Below are positions 41,740 to 52,301 of a stretch of 64,000 bases of DNA, piece by piece. Under the pieces are notes generated by a model. That model saw nothing but the letters and a program-made list of their open reading frames with translations. It did no database searches and was not told the DNA's origin. Source of the DNA: Gloeobacterales cyanobacterium (lineage in GTDB: Bacteria; Cyanobacteriota; Cyanobacteriia; Gloeobacterales; PMM-0068); assembly GCA_038245785.1 (NCBI GenBank), contig JBBRSB010000005.1, positions 1 to 64,000 on the forward strand, read 5' to 3'. Numbering within the stretch: position 1 is the stretch's first letter; each line of letters starts with the position of its first letter. The translations under genes were made by a program, and so were the position numbers.

Positions 41740-43388
41740 CGGGTCCGCGCTAAGGTCCAACCTTGAACTTGCCCCAAGGATTGGTAAACAAAGCCAACTT
41801 TGTCTAGCGCTTGGCGTGATTCTGGGGAGAGCCACAAGACTTTTGGTTCTTCGGTACTAATCACTTTCGCTGCGGTTGTTTCATTTCCTGGAGTAGGCGC
41901 ATAAAAAGCGAGGGCTGCGAACTCTGTGAAACGGTCACCGTTGCCTTCAAAAACCAAATCAATCGGTTCTTGGGAATTTACTAAAGTGATTAATTTCTGC
42001 TGGCTAAATTCTTTAAAAGCAGGACTATAGTTCCCCAGAGAAGTGGTCCCTGCCGCCAGAATCAGGGTTAGCCAGGGAGCTCCAATTACGCTGCCAGCCC
42101 AAAAAGGAAGCCACTGTCCTAACCAGCCTCGATTCATATAGCAGACCAAAGGGAACAGCCAACCGATGCCTAAAGCCGTCGCTAAAGGAAGATAGGGAAA
42201 TGCACTAGGAATCAGACTGGGCGAAAGATAGAGCGCTACAACAAGACCCAGTAAAAGCAGGGCAAACAACCCAATCAAGTAGCTTAACCAAGCAATTCCC
42301 TGTTCAGGACGTGCTACATAAGCCCCTGCATAGGTAGCACTTCTACTTTGCTCACGGGTGGTCTGCTGCCAAAGTCGGTCTAGCGCAACTCCAGCCAAAA
42401 GTGCCAAAAAAGGACAAATCTGGACTAGATAATAGGGGGTTTTTGTTTGAAAGATCTGGAGGAGTACAAGGAAAGCAAAAGGGTAGGTGAGTGGTAAAAA
42501 ATTGGATTCTTTTCGCTCTTGCCAAAGCACCCAAGCGCCTGCCAACGCGAAAAGAGTCCAAGGGAATGTATTGGCTGGCAGGTTCCATAAATAGTAGAAA
42601 GGTCCTACATGGTGAAAGTCTCGCTTGCTTAGAGAGAAGAGAATGCCGAATAGCCCATCATAGACAGCAGTTCCATAGGCTTTGCTGGCTAGCCAGTACC
42701 AGACACCAAAGAGGGCTAAACCCGCTCCAGCCCCAATATAGAGATAGGAATTTTGGAGCAGTTTATGTCGTTTGTTTTGAAAAAGGAAGTAGGGCAGCAG
42801 AGCGACAACGGGAACTAAAGCCATAGAACTTTTGAGCAAGATACTGAGACCCAGCATCACGCCCCACCCGATAGCCACAAAACGCGTTCCAGTCTTAGGT
42901 GCTTGCAGGAGACACCAAATGCCCACTAATTCCAAGAAGGTTAAAACAACATCCTGCCCGGCTAACCGCCCATTGCTCATCCACAAATAGATGGTCGGTA
43001 ATATCAAGGCTCCCAAGAAAGCCCGGCGAGCCTCAAAAAATTCTCGCCCAATAAAATAGGTCATCAAAACGCCCAGAAGGGCGGCCAGGCTGCTTGGGAA
43101 ACGCGCACTCCACTCACTCACACCGAACAGGCTATAGCTGGTGGCGATCAGCCATTGATTAAGCGGGGGTTTTTCAAAATAGGGATTGCCCAAAAAAGTA
43201 GGAGCCAGCCAGTTTCCACTGAGGTACATCTCACGGGCCATCTGCGCATAGTAGCCTTCGTCAGACCCCGCCATACTCTGCTGGCCTGAGTTTACCCATA
43301 GGGTGGGTATAGTCCAGAGGAGCAGCAGGCCACTGTACAACCAATCTAGAGCAGCAGGTGTACGGTTGGGTTCGTAGCGGACAATCAT
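41736..43388 (-). CDS. ArnT/GT39 (PMT-like) membrane glycosyltransferase
   Basis: DEGYYAQMAREM, YFEKPPL and WSARFPS; many TM segments. Confidence 0.88.
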   Translation of the reverse strand: MIVRYEPNRTPAALDWLYSGLLLLWTIPTLWVNSGQQSMAGSDEGYYAQMAREMYLSGNWLAPTFLGNPYFEKPPLNQWLIATSYSLFGVSEWSARFPSSLAALLGVLMTYFIGREFFEARRAFLGALILPTIYLWMSNGRLAGQDVVLTFLELVGIWCLLQAPKTGTRFVAIGWGVMLGLSILLKSSMALVPVVALLPYFLFQNKRHKLLQNSYLYIGAGAGLALFGVWYWLASKAYGTAVYDGLFGILFSLSKRDFHHVGPFYYLWNLPANTFPWTLFALAGAWVLWQERKESNFLPLTYPFAFLVLLQIFQTKTPYYLVQICPFLALLAGVALDRLWQQTTREQSRSATYAGAYVARPEQGIAWLSYLIGLFALLLLGLVVALYLSPSLIPSAFPYLPLATALGIGWLFPLVCYMNRGWLGQWLPFWAGSVIGAPWLTLILAAGTTSLGNYSPAFKEFSQQKLITLVNSQEPIDLVFEGNGDRFTEFAALAFYAPTPGNETTAAKVISTEEPKVLWLSPESRQALDKVGFVYQSLGQVQGWTLARTR

Positions 43389-43520
43389 GACGTAGCCCTG
43401 AAGATTTGACGAAGAATTTGGTAGAAGTGAAATATTTCACCAAAGGTATTGTTTATTAGCTAGTTACTCAAGGCATCATATGTTTTATAGTTAGAGATTG
43501 TCAGAGAACGGAGCGGATCA

Positions 43521-43811
43521 GTGCCCAATATTAAGTCGGCTATCAAACGCGTGGAAGTGGCGGAGCGTAACCGTCAGCGTAATGTGCAGTACAAGTCTAC
43601 AATCAAGACCTTAGTTAAGAAATCCTTAATAGCCGTGGATGCTTACGGACAAAATAACACACCGGAGACCCTGTCCAGCGTCAATGCAGCGATCGCAGAA
43701 GCTTATTCAAAAATTGATAAGGCTGCTGGTCATGGGGTAATGCATAAAAATACTGCTAGCCGCAAAAAAGCTCGTTTGGCTGCTGCCCTGCAAAGAGCGA
43801 CCAAAGTTTAG
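43521..43811 (+). CDS. rpsT: 30S ribosomal protein S20
   Basis: NIKSAIKR..N, IDKA..GVMHKNTASRKKARL. Confidence 0.97.
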   Translation: MPNIKSAIKRVEVAERNRQRNVQYKSTIKTLVKKSLIAVDAYGQNNTPETLSSVNAAIAEAYSKIDKAAGHGVMHKNTASRKKARLAAALQRATKV

Positions 43812-44479
43812 GTCTTGGGCAATAGGGGGACGTGGTCGCTACTCTGAGCATCCCTAAGCTCTAGATTGAAAACCTGGGCGAAGCTCTGGATGACCATGGG
43901 CTGAATTTGCTCTATGGTCACATTGGGAAGCCATTGTTGTATAGACCCTACCTCCCGGCCCGTAAGCCCACAGGGCACAATCCGCTCGAATCCCTTGAGG
44001 TCTGGACAGACATTCAAGGCAAATCCGTGCATGCTAATCCAGCGAGAAACCTTGATCCCTAGGGCACAAACTTTACGGCCCTGGCACCAAACTCCCGTTA
44101 AACCAGCGATTCGTTCTCCTGGTAGCCCTAGGTGCGCCAAAACTCCAAGCTGGACTTCTTCGAGCTGACGCAGATATTGATGAAGGTCTTTGCCGTGATG
44201 GGTGAGATCCAAAATCGGATAACCGATCAATTGCCCTGGGGCATGATAGGTGACTTCTCCTCCTCGTTCGATACGGTGAAGCTCTGCCTCACCTTGGGTG
44301 AATAGAACGTGGCGGGGGTCTGCTCCTTGGCCCAAGGTATAGACGGGAGGATGTTCTAAGAGCATCAAAAGGTCGGGCCGACTACGGTCTTGCACTTTCC
44401 AGGCCAAGAGCATTTTTTGCCACAGCCAGGCCGTAGTGTAGGGAACGGTTCCGAAAGAAAGAACGATGCAGTCCCTCAT
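43808..44479 (-). CDS. lipB: Octanoyltransferase
   Basis: LEHPPVYTLG, RGGEVTYHAPGQ, HGFALN and IVPCG; ATG 44479. Confidence 0.95.
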   Translation of the reverse strand: MRDCIVLSFGTVPYTTAWLWQKMLLAWKVQDRSRPDLLMLLEHPPVYTLGQGADPRHVLFTQGEAELHRIERGGEVTYHAPGQLIGYPILDLTHHGKDLHQYLRQLEEVQLGVLAHLGLPGERIAGLTGVWCQGRKVCALGIKVSRWISMHGFALNVCPDLKGFERIVPCGLTGREVGSIQQWLPNVTIEQIQPMVIQSFAQVFNLELRDAQSSDHVPLLPKT

Positions 44480-44880
44480 AGCTCTAGAGAAATAGCATCC
44501 ACAGGACAAACGGGGATGCATTGCTCACAGACAACGCAACGACTACGGGTGAACTGTAGTTGGAAGGTCTGCTTGTTGAGCGATAGGGCACCTGTGGGGC
44601 AGACGGCGGTACAAAGGCCACAGTGGACACAGGACTGTTCATCAATGGAAATTTCCTGCCCCAGTTGCGACACCTGAATGCTTTGATCTCGCATCCAGCT
44701 CAAAGAGGCTTCCATCTGGTCAATATCCCCAGAAAGCTCCACGACTAATTTTCCGACTTCATCCGGAGCCACCTGAGCTCGGAGGATATTACAGGCAATA
44801 TTGAAGTCTTTAGCCAGTCGATAGGTGACGGGCATGTGCACGTTTTGAGGAGAAAAAGTCAGAATGACTCGTTTACGCAT
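44476..44880 (-). CDS. NIL-domain 2[4Fe-4S] ferredoxin
   Basis: CVHCGLCTAVCP and CVVCEQCIPVCP motifs, NIL-like N-terminus. Confidence 0.9.
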   Translation of the reverse strand: MRKRVILTFSPQNVHMPVTYRLAKDFNIACNILRAQVAPDEVGKLVVELSGDIDQMEASLSWMRDQSIQVSQLGQEISIDEQSCVHCGLCTAVCPTGALSLNKQTFQLQFTRSRCVVCEQCIPVCPVDAISLEL

Positions 44881-45114
44881 AGCAATCTGAGCCTGTTGGT
44901 TTGCCCTCTCCCATCATATAAGTAGCTAGGTAGAATTAAATAGAAGTCCCCCTCGAGGGGGACGGCGATAGCCGGAGGTTATCCTAGGAAACTTTTAGAA
45001 TCTCAAGCTGATACTTTTACATGGTTAACCGAGGTAGATAGCAAGCCTGTCCATGGTTTTGCCTGCCCTAGCTTTGATGATGTGATGAAGCGTAGTCCTT
45101 TTGCTGAATAGGGG

Positions 45115-45143
45115 TTGAACTTTATCTGCAATGTTATTACATT
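45115..45143 (+). promoter_or_regulatory. Sigma70-type promoter with an overlapping operator for the TA pair
   Basis: TTGAAC-N17-TACATT, overlapped by the palindrome AATGT-TATT-ACATT. Confidence 0.5.
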
Positions 45144-45172
45144 AGTATTACTGCTTCTTTAAGGATGCGACT

Positions 45173-45397
45173 ATGTACACGCTAAAGATTCGTCGAGTTG
45201 GAAATTCTCAAGGCATTACTCTGCCCAAAGAGCTTTTGCAAAAGTTAAATGTGCGCGAGGGGGATAGTGTATTTGTCACTGAAACTGCTGAGGGGGTTCA
45301 ACTCACTGCCTATGACCCTGAGTTTGAAAAAGCGATGGCAGCTTATAGAAAAGTGAGCAGCAAGTACAAAAATGCCTTGCGTGAACTCGCTCAATGA
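45173..45397 (+). CDS. AbrB/MazE-type antitoxin
   Basis: KIRRVGNSQGITLPKE..L.V.EGD. Confidence 0.9.
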   Translation: MYTLKIRRVGNSQGITLPKELLQKLNVREGDSVFVTETAEGVQLTAYDPEFEKAMAAYRKVSSKYKNALRELAQ

Positions 45398-45783
45398 AGG
45401 AACCTTTTTGGCTAAATGAGCGCATGGTCAGGGCCATGCATGCTGACCAAATATTACAGCATGGGGGTAGTTCAGGCATTCGAGATGAAAATTTGCTCTC
45501 GGCTAGTCTAGCTAGGCCGCGACACGTATTTACCTATGCGGATACTCCGACTTTATTCGATTTAGCGGCAGCATATGGTTACGGCTTGGCAAAAAATCAT
45601 CCATTTATAGATGGGAACAAAAGGACTGCCTTTGTTGTAATGGCAGCTTTTCTGGAGTTAAATGGCTATTCTCTCAATGCTCCGGAAATGGAAGTCGTTT
45701 TAATCATGGAACGTTTAGCGACCGATCAGGAAAGTCAAGAATCATTGTCTGAATGGCTTAGGGAGAAATCAGTCCTGCTTTAA
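45394..45783 (+). CDS. doc: Doc/Fic toxin
   Basis: HPFIDGNKRTA motif; ATGA overlap with the antitoxin. Confidence 0.9.
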   Translation: MKEPFWLNERMVRAMHADQILQHGGSSGIRDENLLSASLARPRHVFTYADTPTLFDLAAAYGYGLAKNHPFIDGNKRTAFVVMAAFLELNGYSLNAPEMEVVLIMERLATDQESQESLSEWLREKSVLL

Positions 45784-45809
45784 GTCGCTAAGATGAAACA
45801 TCGAAGTTC

Positions 45810-48485
45810 TTAATCTTTTTGCAAGACAAAAGCAATAGCATCAGCTCGATTTTTAAGCTCACCATCTAATTGCTTTTCTCGGAGTGTAGCTAAGATGCTC
45901 TTAAAGGCCGGGCCTGGTTTTAAACCTAAACTCTTGAGATCATTTCCGGTGAGCAAGGGAGCTGTTTCTTTCCAGGCTTTTAGATACTGGTGAATTGTCT
46001 GACGCAAAGGTGAAGAAGCACGAGCTGCGAGCAGGAGTAGGAGTTCATAGGAAATAGCTTCCAAGTGTCCATAGACCACACTGGCTTTAGCATTTACCTT
46101 CAAGGCTTGCTCTAGCTTTTCTTCTAGAGCGAACAGCTGCTCTAAGCGTTCAAAAGATTCTCCAGAGAGATTTAATTGGCCTGCTACTTGTAGAGATTCT
46201 CTCAAAGACAAAGTAGACAGAATCAGTTCTAAGCGCAATAGCCAGGGATGTTGGAGTCGGTTACTTTCAGGCATTTGATGTTTCAGAATAGACCACCAAC
46301 GATTCATTCTATGTAGTTGGCGAATGAATGCGGGTGACTGAGTGATTCCTTCAAGCTTAGGATGAATACAGCGGAGGGCTCCCAGTACATCCAAATGTTT
46401 AAGCGCTGCCAGCCAATGCCCTGATTCCAGAATGTAGCGGACTTCTGTTTTTAAGCGATCCCCACCGACTCCATCATGGAGACCCGATTGAAGGGCATAA
46501 AGGATATGGCTCTCCGTTTGTGGCTCCAACGCGAATTGCAAACGAGTCGCAAAGCGTACGGCTCGAAAAATACGGGTTGGATCTTCGATAAAACTATTGG
46601 CATGAAGAACACGGACTTGTTTCTTTTCAAGATCGTCCAAGCCTCCGAAGAAATCTAAGAGCACCCCTTGCTCGGGGCCATTTAAGCAGATAGCCATCGC
46701 GTTAACCGTGAAATCTCGACGATAGAGATCCTGACGAATAGAAGAAGACTCTACCTCTGGGTTGGCTGCGGGGTAAGCATAAAACTCAGTGCGGGCCGTG
46801 GCAATATCCAACATCAAACGGTCAGGCCATAGAAGCGTGGCTGTTTGATAGCGACCATAGACTTCTAGGCGAGTTTCCGGATAATCCTGTTGCAGTTGTT
46901 CGGCTAAATGAACAGCCATACTCGAAGAAGACCCGTCTGTCGGCACTTCCCCGGTTTCGAGGTTTCCTAGCTCCACCACTACGTCTAAATCAATATTTTC
47001 GGTAGGGTGATCCAAGAGCACATCCCGAACGGCACCGCCTACCAGATAGAGTTTCAGTTCCAGGGTATCGGCGTGCTTACCCGCTTGCGTGAGAATAGAC
47101 CACACCCGTGCCGGTAACTTTTGGGCCAGGAGGTCTACATTGCGGTAAGGAGTGATCGCATAAGTGGGTTTTCGGCCGTTTCTAGAGTTTTGCAGCGTAA
47201 GATGCCGCAATACGTCAGTGCGAGAAACAATGCCCACCAATCGGCCAGCCTGCATCACGGGTAAACGACCAATATCAAATTTGACCATCAGCTCTTCGAT
47301 TTCGGACAGGGGCGTGGTGGGGGTGATCGTTCTTACCAGGCGCGGCATATATCCCTTCACCGGAGCGTGACCAAAACCGTGGTGAAGAGCGATGTCTATA
47401 TCTCGACGGGTCACAATCCCTGTAAGCGCACCTGTTTCATCAACTACGGGTAAGCCCGAATGGCCATAGCGCAATAGGACCCGCTGAGCTTCCTGAATCG
47501 TGCACTCCGGGCGAACGGTTCGTACTGGGCTGGACATTAATACTTTTGCTAAAACGGGACGGGGCAGAAGTTCTAGAAGTTTCTGTTTGAGTTCCTCTAA
47601 AATTGCCTCACTGCTACTTCCTCTGATTTGGGCTGAGGCTGCCTGGGCATGACCGCCACCGCCATAGTCACTAAACAAAACGCCAAGGTCTACCCCTTCG
47701 ATACGCGAACGCCCAATGAGACTGTTACGGACTACCTCTCGGTCTTGATGACCGGCGACGAAAAGACAGAGGTCTAGATTCTGCATATCTACTAAAGAAG
47801 AGACCAAGGCAGAAAGCCCAACCGTAAATTGGGGAAGGGTAATCGCTACGTACCCCAGACGATAGTGCCCATGAGTTTCTACGACTAATTGCTCTAAGAC
47901 CTCAGGCAAAAGCAGCTGCACTTCCTCCGTCAGCCCTCCCTCCACATACTCCTGGACCACCTTGAGATTTACACCTTGGGTCATCAACCAAGCCAGGGCT
48001 AAGGCATCGCGCGAGGTACTGGCTGGGTAGGTCAAAGAGCCAGTGTCTACATGAATACCAAGCGCCATGACCGTACTTTCATTGGCGTTCACAGAAAGAG
48101 ATTGGGACTGCAATTTTTCCGCGATGATCGTGCAGGTAGACCCCACAGGCTCGATCCAAGATTCAAAGGGCTTGAACGTAGCAGGCTGTCCTGGATGATG
48201 GTCGAATAGATAAACTTTTTGGGCTTGCTGAATCCAGGCTCCACAGGCTCCAAATCGCTCTTCGTCCTGAGCATCCACCAGAATGAGCGAGCGAATTTTT
48301 TTAGGATGGACGGCACGAGCTTCTATAAAAGGAAATTCATCTCGATAGAGCGCGAGAAACTTTTTAAGGCTGGGATGAGCCCCTCCCGTCAACACAATCT
48401 TGGCCCCAGGCCATAGCCGAGCGGCCCCCACCGCTGCGCCGAGGGTATCGAAATCTGCCGTGGTATGACAAAGAATTAGATCCAC
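45810..48485 (-). CDS. DHH-CBS-tRNA nucleotidyltransferase (probably the A-adding type)
   Basis: DHH and GGGH motifs, two CBS domains, VGGAVRD, DLD, RRDFTVNAM, EDPTRIFR. Confidence 0.9.
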   Translation of the reverse strand: MDLILCHTTADFDTLGAAVGAARLWPGAKIVLTGGAHPSLKKFLALYRDEFPFIEARAVHPKKIRSLILVDAQDEERFGACGAWIQQAQKVYLFDHHPGQPATFKPFESWIEPVGSTCTIIAEKLQSQSLSVNANESTVMALGIHVDTGSLTYPASTSRDALALAWLMTQGVNLKVVQEYVEGGLTEEVQLLLPEVLEQLVVETHGHYRLGYVAITLPQFTVGLSALVSSLVDMQNLDLCLFVAGHQDREVVRNSLIGRSRIEGVDLGVLFSDYGGGGHAQAASAQIRGSSSEAILEELKQKLLELLPRPVLAKVLMSSPVRTVRPECTIQEAQRVLLRYGHSGLPVVDETGALTGIVTRRDIDIALHHGFGHAPVKGYMPRLVRTITPTTPLSEIEELMVKFDIGRLPVMQAGRLVGIVSRTDVLRHLTLQNSRNGRKPTYAITPYRNVDLLAQKLPARVWSILTQAGKHADTLELKLYLVGGAVRDVLLDHPTENIDLDVVVELGNLETGEVPTDGSSSSMAVHLAEQLQQDYPETRLEVYGRYQTATLLWPDRLMLDIATARTEFYAYPAANPEVESSSIRQDLYRRDFTVNAMAICLNGPEQGVLLDFFGGLDDLEKKQVRVLHANSFIEDPTRIFRAVRFATRLQFALEPQTESHILYALQSGLHDGVGGDRLKTEVRYILESGHWLAALKHLDVLGALRCIHPKLEGITQSPAFIRQLHRMNRWWSILKHQMPESNRLQHPWLLRLELILSTLSLRESLQVAGQLNLSGESFERLEQLFALEEKLEQALKVNAKASVVYGHLEAISYELLLLLAARASSPLRQTIHQYLKAWKETAPLLTGNDLKSLGLKPGPAFKSILATLREKQLDGELKNRADAIAFVLQKD

Positions 48486-48611
48486 AAGATTTGTATGAGC
48501 CTCCGCTTCTATCCTAGAGCTAGAGCAGCAACCCCGGCGATATTGCCCACGAGCAAGACATCCGAATTCAACACTTGTATAGAATGGAGATTCATCGTGG
48601 AGTGAAGCTGT

Positions 48612-48836
48612 ATGTCAGACTTACTCAAGAGAATTACGGTTAACCCTAAACAGTGTGGTGGTCGCCCCTGTATCCGAGGGATGAGAATTCGAGTATCAGA
48701 TGTACTAGACCTGTTTGCTGCCGGACTTAGTGCTGAACAAATTTTGGAAGAGATGCCTGATTTGGAGGCAGATGATCTGAAAGCAGCACTTCTATATGCC
48801 TCACGTAAGCTCAATCATCCAGTGTTAGTGGCATGA
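48612..48836 (+). CDS. DUF433 antitoxin-like protein
   Basis: RITVNPKQCGGRPCIRGMRIRV. Confidence 0.9.
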   Translation: MSDLLKRITVNPKQCGGRPCIRGMRIRVSDVLDLFAAGLSAEQILEEMPDLEADDLKAALLYASRKLNHPVLVA

Positions 48837-49174
48837 CAATCTGGGTAGATGCTCATTTGTCCCCTGCGATTGCAACTTGGATCACTAGCACTTTTTTTGG
48901 CATAACAGCATTGGCTTTGCGCGATCTTGGTTTGAGAGATGCTGAAGACCCTGAAATTTTTGAAAGAGCAAAAGCTCAAGATGTGATTTTCATGACTAAG
49001 GACAGTGACTTTGTGGATTTGGTTGATCGATTTGGAGCGCCACCAAAAGTCATTTGGTTGACCTGTGGAAATACATCAAATGCTCGGCTACGGGAGATTC
49101 TGAGTACAACGTTGTTAGCAGCACTCGAACTGTTACGAGCAGGCGAAGGATTGGTCGAGATCAGTGGAGATTAG
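48833..49174 (+). CDS. DUF5615 PIN-like toxin
   Basis: IWVDAHLSP, D.EIF, TKDSDF and PKVIWL; ATGA overlap with the DUF433 gene. Confidence 0.88.
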   Translation: MTIWVDAHLSPAIATWITSTFFGITALALRDLGLRDAEDPEIFERAKAQDVIFMTKDSDFVDLVDRFGAPPKVIWLTCGNTSNARLREILSTTLLAALELLRAGEGLVEISGD

Positions 49175-49416
49175 CCTAATATGTGCCCTGAGGCAGACTA
49201 CTGAAGAGGTCCTATAGAGGAAATTGAGACCTAAACCTAAAAAATTGGGCAGTAAACTTCCCGCTATCCACTGAAATTTACCGAGGTTGTCTGCCTAGTG
49301 TGCTATTCAGGTGACTAGATAAAGAAAGTCAGTCAAAAAACAGGTGGCTTACATAGTCTACATACTCACTTAGTAAAAGATTATGATTGAAGCTGTAACA
49401 ACTATGAACAAAGCTT

Positions 49417-50127
49417 ATGCATTCATCCCAAGGTTCGCAGAATCCATCGCACAGAAAGACTTTCCAACTAATTTGTGAGTGCTTGGATGAAACAAAAAAA
49501 CTAAAAAAAGAGAAGGTTACTGAAAAACTTAAGGATTATGGAGGAAAACTAGCTCAATTACAACGCTTGCTAATTATTTATCCGAGAACTTCTTCTTCTG
49601 TTTTGCTTATTGTAAATTTTGTATTTTTTGTTGCCAGTTTGTTAATTATTAACTATTTTCCAATTCCTGATGAGATTCGTTTGACCCTATTTTGTATTTT
49701 CTTCGTTCTGTACTTCGCAATACCAATATTCCTTGAATGGCACATTTCTCAATTTAATATGGAATGGGATGAGAAATGGGGACGTGTTTTAGGTAGCTAT
49801 TTGGATAAAACAAATCTTAATCCGATTCAAGCAGAACGTAGAATTAAAAGAGCAATTCGTTACTACAGTAGTAAAGGTAGACCTTTTAGTTTTATTGTCA
49901 ATCTTTTGGGAAGTGGGATCTTTATAGGTTGTCTTTCTGATCCAGCTTTTCAAAAAGCTCTTATGACAATGTCATGGACAGAAATATATAAAGCTAATTT
50001 GCTGGGGGCAGTGTGTACAGTTGTTATGCCACTTATCTATTACTACTGCATCATTAAGTACGACATACCTATAGCTTGGATGGAGAATGTTGCAATGCAA
50101 ATTGAGCTTGAAGGCTTAGATGATTAA
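49417..50127 (+). CDS. Hypothetical AT-rich membrane protein
   Basis: 236 aa ORF with about 4 hydrophobic segments. Confidence 0.6.
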   Translation: MHSSQGSQNPSHRKTFQLICECLDETKKLKKEKVTEKLKDYGGKLAQLQRLLIIYPRTSSSVLLIVNFVFFVASLLIINYFPIPDEIRLTLFCIFFVLYFAIPIFLEWHISQFNMEWDEKWGRVLGSYLDKTNLNPIQAERRIKRAIRYYSSKGRPFSFIVNLLGSGIFIGCLSDPAFQKALMTMSWTEIYKANLLGAVCTVVMPLIYYYCIIKYDIPIAWMENVAMQIELEGLDD

Positions 50128-50154
50128 CTGCATAAAACTTGTACTTTCCAGCGA

Positions 50155-50355
50155 TCAAGATGCAAATAAAAGACACGCTCTAGTATCTGCCTCAACCAAA
50201 CCTTCATATTCTTCCAGAATCTCTGTCATAGTTGCGCCATAGGCGAGAAGATTCAGAATATACTCAACTGTAAGACGTGTTCCTCTAATGACTGGCTTTC
50301 CCGCCATGACTTTGGGATTGGTGGCGATTCGGTTCAAAAGTTCTTGGTCTGTCAT
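50155..50355 (-). CDS. Orphan DUF433 protein
   Basis: RIATNPKVMAGKPVIRGTRLTV. Confidence 0.8.
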   Translation of the reverse strand: MTDQELLNRIATNPKVMAGKPVIRGTRLTVEYILNLLAYGATMTEILEEYEGLVEADTRACLLFAS

Positions 50356-50475
50356 GATTCTAAAATGCTGTGTTTAATCGGTTATGACTATCATAAGCAA
50401 TCTTGCCATCTAGCAGAATCTATTGGTCCGGATGCAGCTATTGCGCAGATGGGAAATATGCGCAGAATTGAACAT

Positions 50476-50958
50476 ATGGCTAGCCCAACCGAGCATATTC
50501 AGCAACAGTTGCGAAATCAGCTAAATGAAGGTTCCTATATTCTTCCTCCGCTCAAGCGTTGGGGAGATGGGTCGCCTTTCTGGGGCGTATTGATTCGGCT
50601 CTCGCGAGATGAGGCGGAATCCTTCCGGACCCAGCCACCGCTTCACTCTCTTATTCCAGGAGAAGCGCCTGTCTTAGGACTTGCGATCGGGGGCAGCTAT
50701 GCCAAAGAAAGCGAACGTTTGGCTTCTGATATTGACCACCAAGGCTATGGCGGTATCGTCCAGTTCAATGACTACACCCATGACGATACATTTCTGCGTA
50801 TTGTCTTTGGAGAATTTCAGTATCCGATTTTGGTCCCCATAGACCATCTCAAAGACTTCTGGGCCGAATTAACCCTAGGTTGTTGTCGCCACTTCCTGAT
50901 GGTGGCCCATGAAAGCAATTGCTACGGATGGTGGGAATCGGACCTGCTATTAGGATAA
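50476..50958 (+). CDS. Hypothetical protein
   Basis: Long ORF with protein-like composition; start uncertain. Confidence 0.5.
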   Translation: MASPTEHIQQQLRNQLNEGSYILPPLKRWGDGSPFWGVLIRLSRDEAESFRTQPPLHSLIPGEAPVLGLAIGGSYAKESERLASDIDHQGYGGIVQFNDYTHDDTFLRIVFGEFQYPILVPIDHLKDFWAELTLGCCRHFLMVAHESNCYGWWESDLLLG

Positions 50959-51109
50959 GTGTTGCGAGATGTGTGCCAATGCTTAAGAGAATCTTAAGAA
51001 ATTTATTTTATCGGGGATCGCTTGAAGGCTCTCTGGATAAGAGCTTTGAGGGGATCGTCAGAAATTTCAGCTACTGAGATTATTTAAGAATATATTTTCA
51101 ATCTTCTTC

Positions 51110-51406
51110 ATGAAACAAGCTCTTTTAAAAAAATGCAGGTTTTGTAAATACTACGGCCAAGATCACGGCACACAGGGCGTCTGTACGCTCATGAATGTAC
51201 CCGTGCATGGTGAATGGCAAGCCTGTCGTATGGGAGTACTTGTTTTTACCTGTGAAGAAAGACTTGATGCTGCCTCTTTAGACGCTGACGCTATTTCTCC
51301 TTCCGCTCAGCCTTTTCAATATACGCATGCGCATATCCCCCAAGATGAAATGTGGCTGACCGGAAGTACTCATCATTCTCGTCACATGAAACAGGAAGCT
51401 ATATAG
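51110..51406 (+). CDS. Small Cys-containing hypothetical protein
   Basis: CRFCKYY..G.C..VPV.GEW.AC pattern seen in small cyanobacterial proteins. Confidence 0.55.
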   Translation: MKQALLKKCRFCKYYGQDHGTQGVCTLMNVPVHGEWQACRMGVLVFTCEERLDAASLDADAISPSAQPFQYTHAHIPQDEMWLTGSTHHSRHMKQEAI

Positions 51407-51529
51407 CTTGCTTCGGATAGGCATTTACCTCGACCATGTTCCTTTTTCTTCAACAAGAACTTTAGTCCCTTTTGAGATAGTCAAGGTCCTCACCGCCGCT
51501 CGGTCTTAAGGCAGGCGTAGAGTATCTTT

Positions 51530-52150
51530 CTACTTCCCTGCTTTGAAGATTTGCTCTGCGGTTAATTTCAAGTCAGGGAAAAGGGCTGATGCGATCGGGT
51601 CTGAATCTCTGAAATATTGAACCTGATATTCACCTTCTACTAGGGTGTATATCGAAAGGGTGGGTTGTTTAGAAAAACCGATGTAACGCTTGGCTCCCAG
51701 GGCTCGGTAGTCCACAATCCAGTACTCTGGAATCCCCATTAGCTCATAATCTGTGAGCTTGCGCCCGTAGTCATCTCGCCAGTTTGTGCTGACTACTTCG
51801 ATAGCAAGCTTAACCGATAAACCAAGGGTAATCGTTGAAGACTTCTTCCACAGAGACTCTGTCTCCATTGCATTTCGGTCCAGCACTAACAGGTCAGGCT
51901 GGTAGCCAGAGACAGCATTGGGAGACTTAACCAGGTAGGTTCTAGGAATGAAAAAGGGCAAATTGAGGCGATCGATGGCTACATTCAGTTTGCGGTTGAG
52001 AAACGCAGCGACCTCCTTGTGGTCCCCCGTTGGATTCATTTCAACGACCACCCCATCGATTAATTCATAGCGTCCTCTACCATCTGGATACCACTCCAGA
52101 AATTCTTCAAAGGTTCTGAAGGTTAGGACTGCGGGTAATGCTTGAGTTAT
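51530..52150 (-). CDS. Uma2-family (PD-(D/E)xK) endonuclease-like protein
   Basis: TFEEFLEWYPD..RYELIDG, YQPD, IEVVSTNWRDDY and GIPEYWIVD; the expected start codon is ATA at 52150. Confidence 0.85.
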   Translation of the reverse strand: MTQALPAVLTFRTFEEFLEWYPDGRGRYELIDGVVVEMNPTGDHKEVAAFLNRKLNVAIDRLNLPFFIPRTYLVKSPNAVSGYQPDLLVLDRNAMETESLWKKSSTITLGLSVKLAIEVVSTNWRDDYGRKLTDYELMGIPEYWIVDYRALGAKRYIGFSKQPTLSIYTLVEGEYQVQYFRDSDPIASALFPDLKLTAEQIFKAGK

Positions 52151-52301
52151 TTCAGTTCTTCCTCACCTGAGGTGCTGAGACCGTTGCCTAATTGTGGTCT
52201 GTAGGTATAGCGATTCCTAAGTTCTATCCTTTCGCCGCTCGTTTCTCCGCGAGAGAATGTTGGCCAACTTTTACCTTTATCAAGAAGAAGGAAGCACTGT
52301 A

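Noticed and set aside
48509..48814. 101-aa minus-strand ORF
   Set aside because: Antisense to the DUF433 gene.
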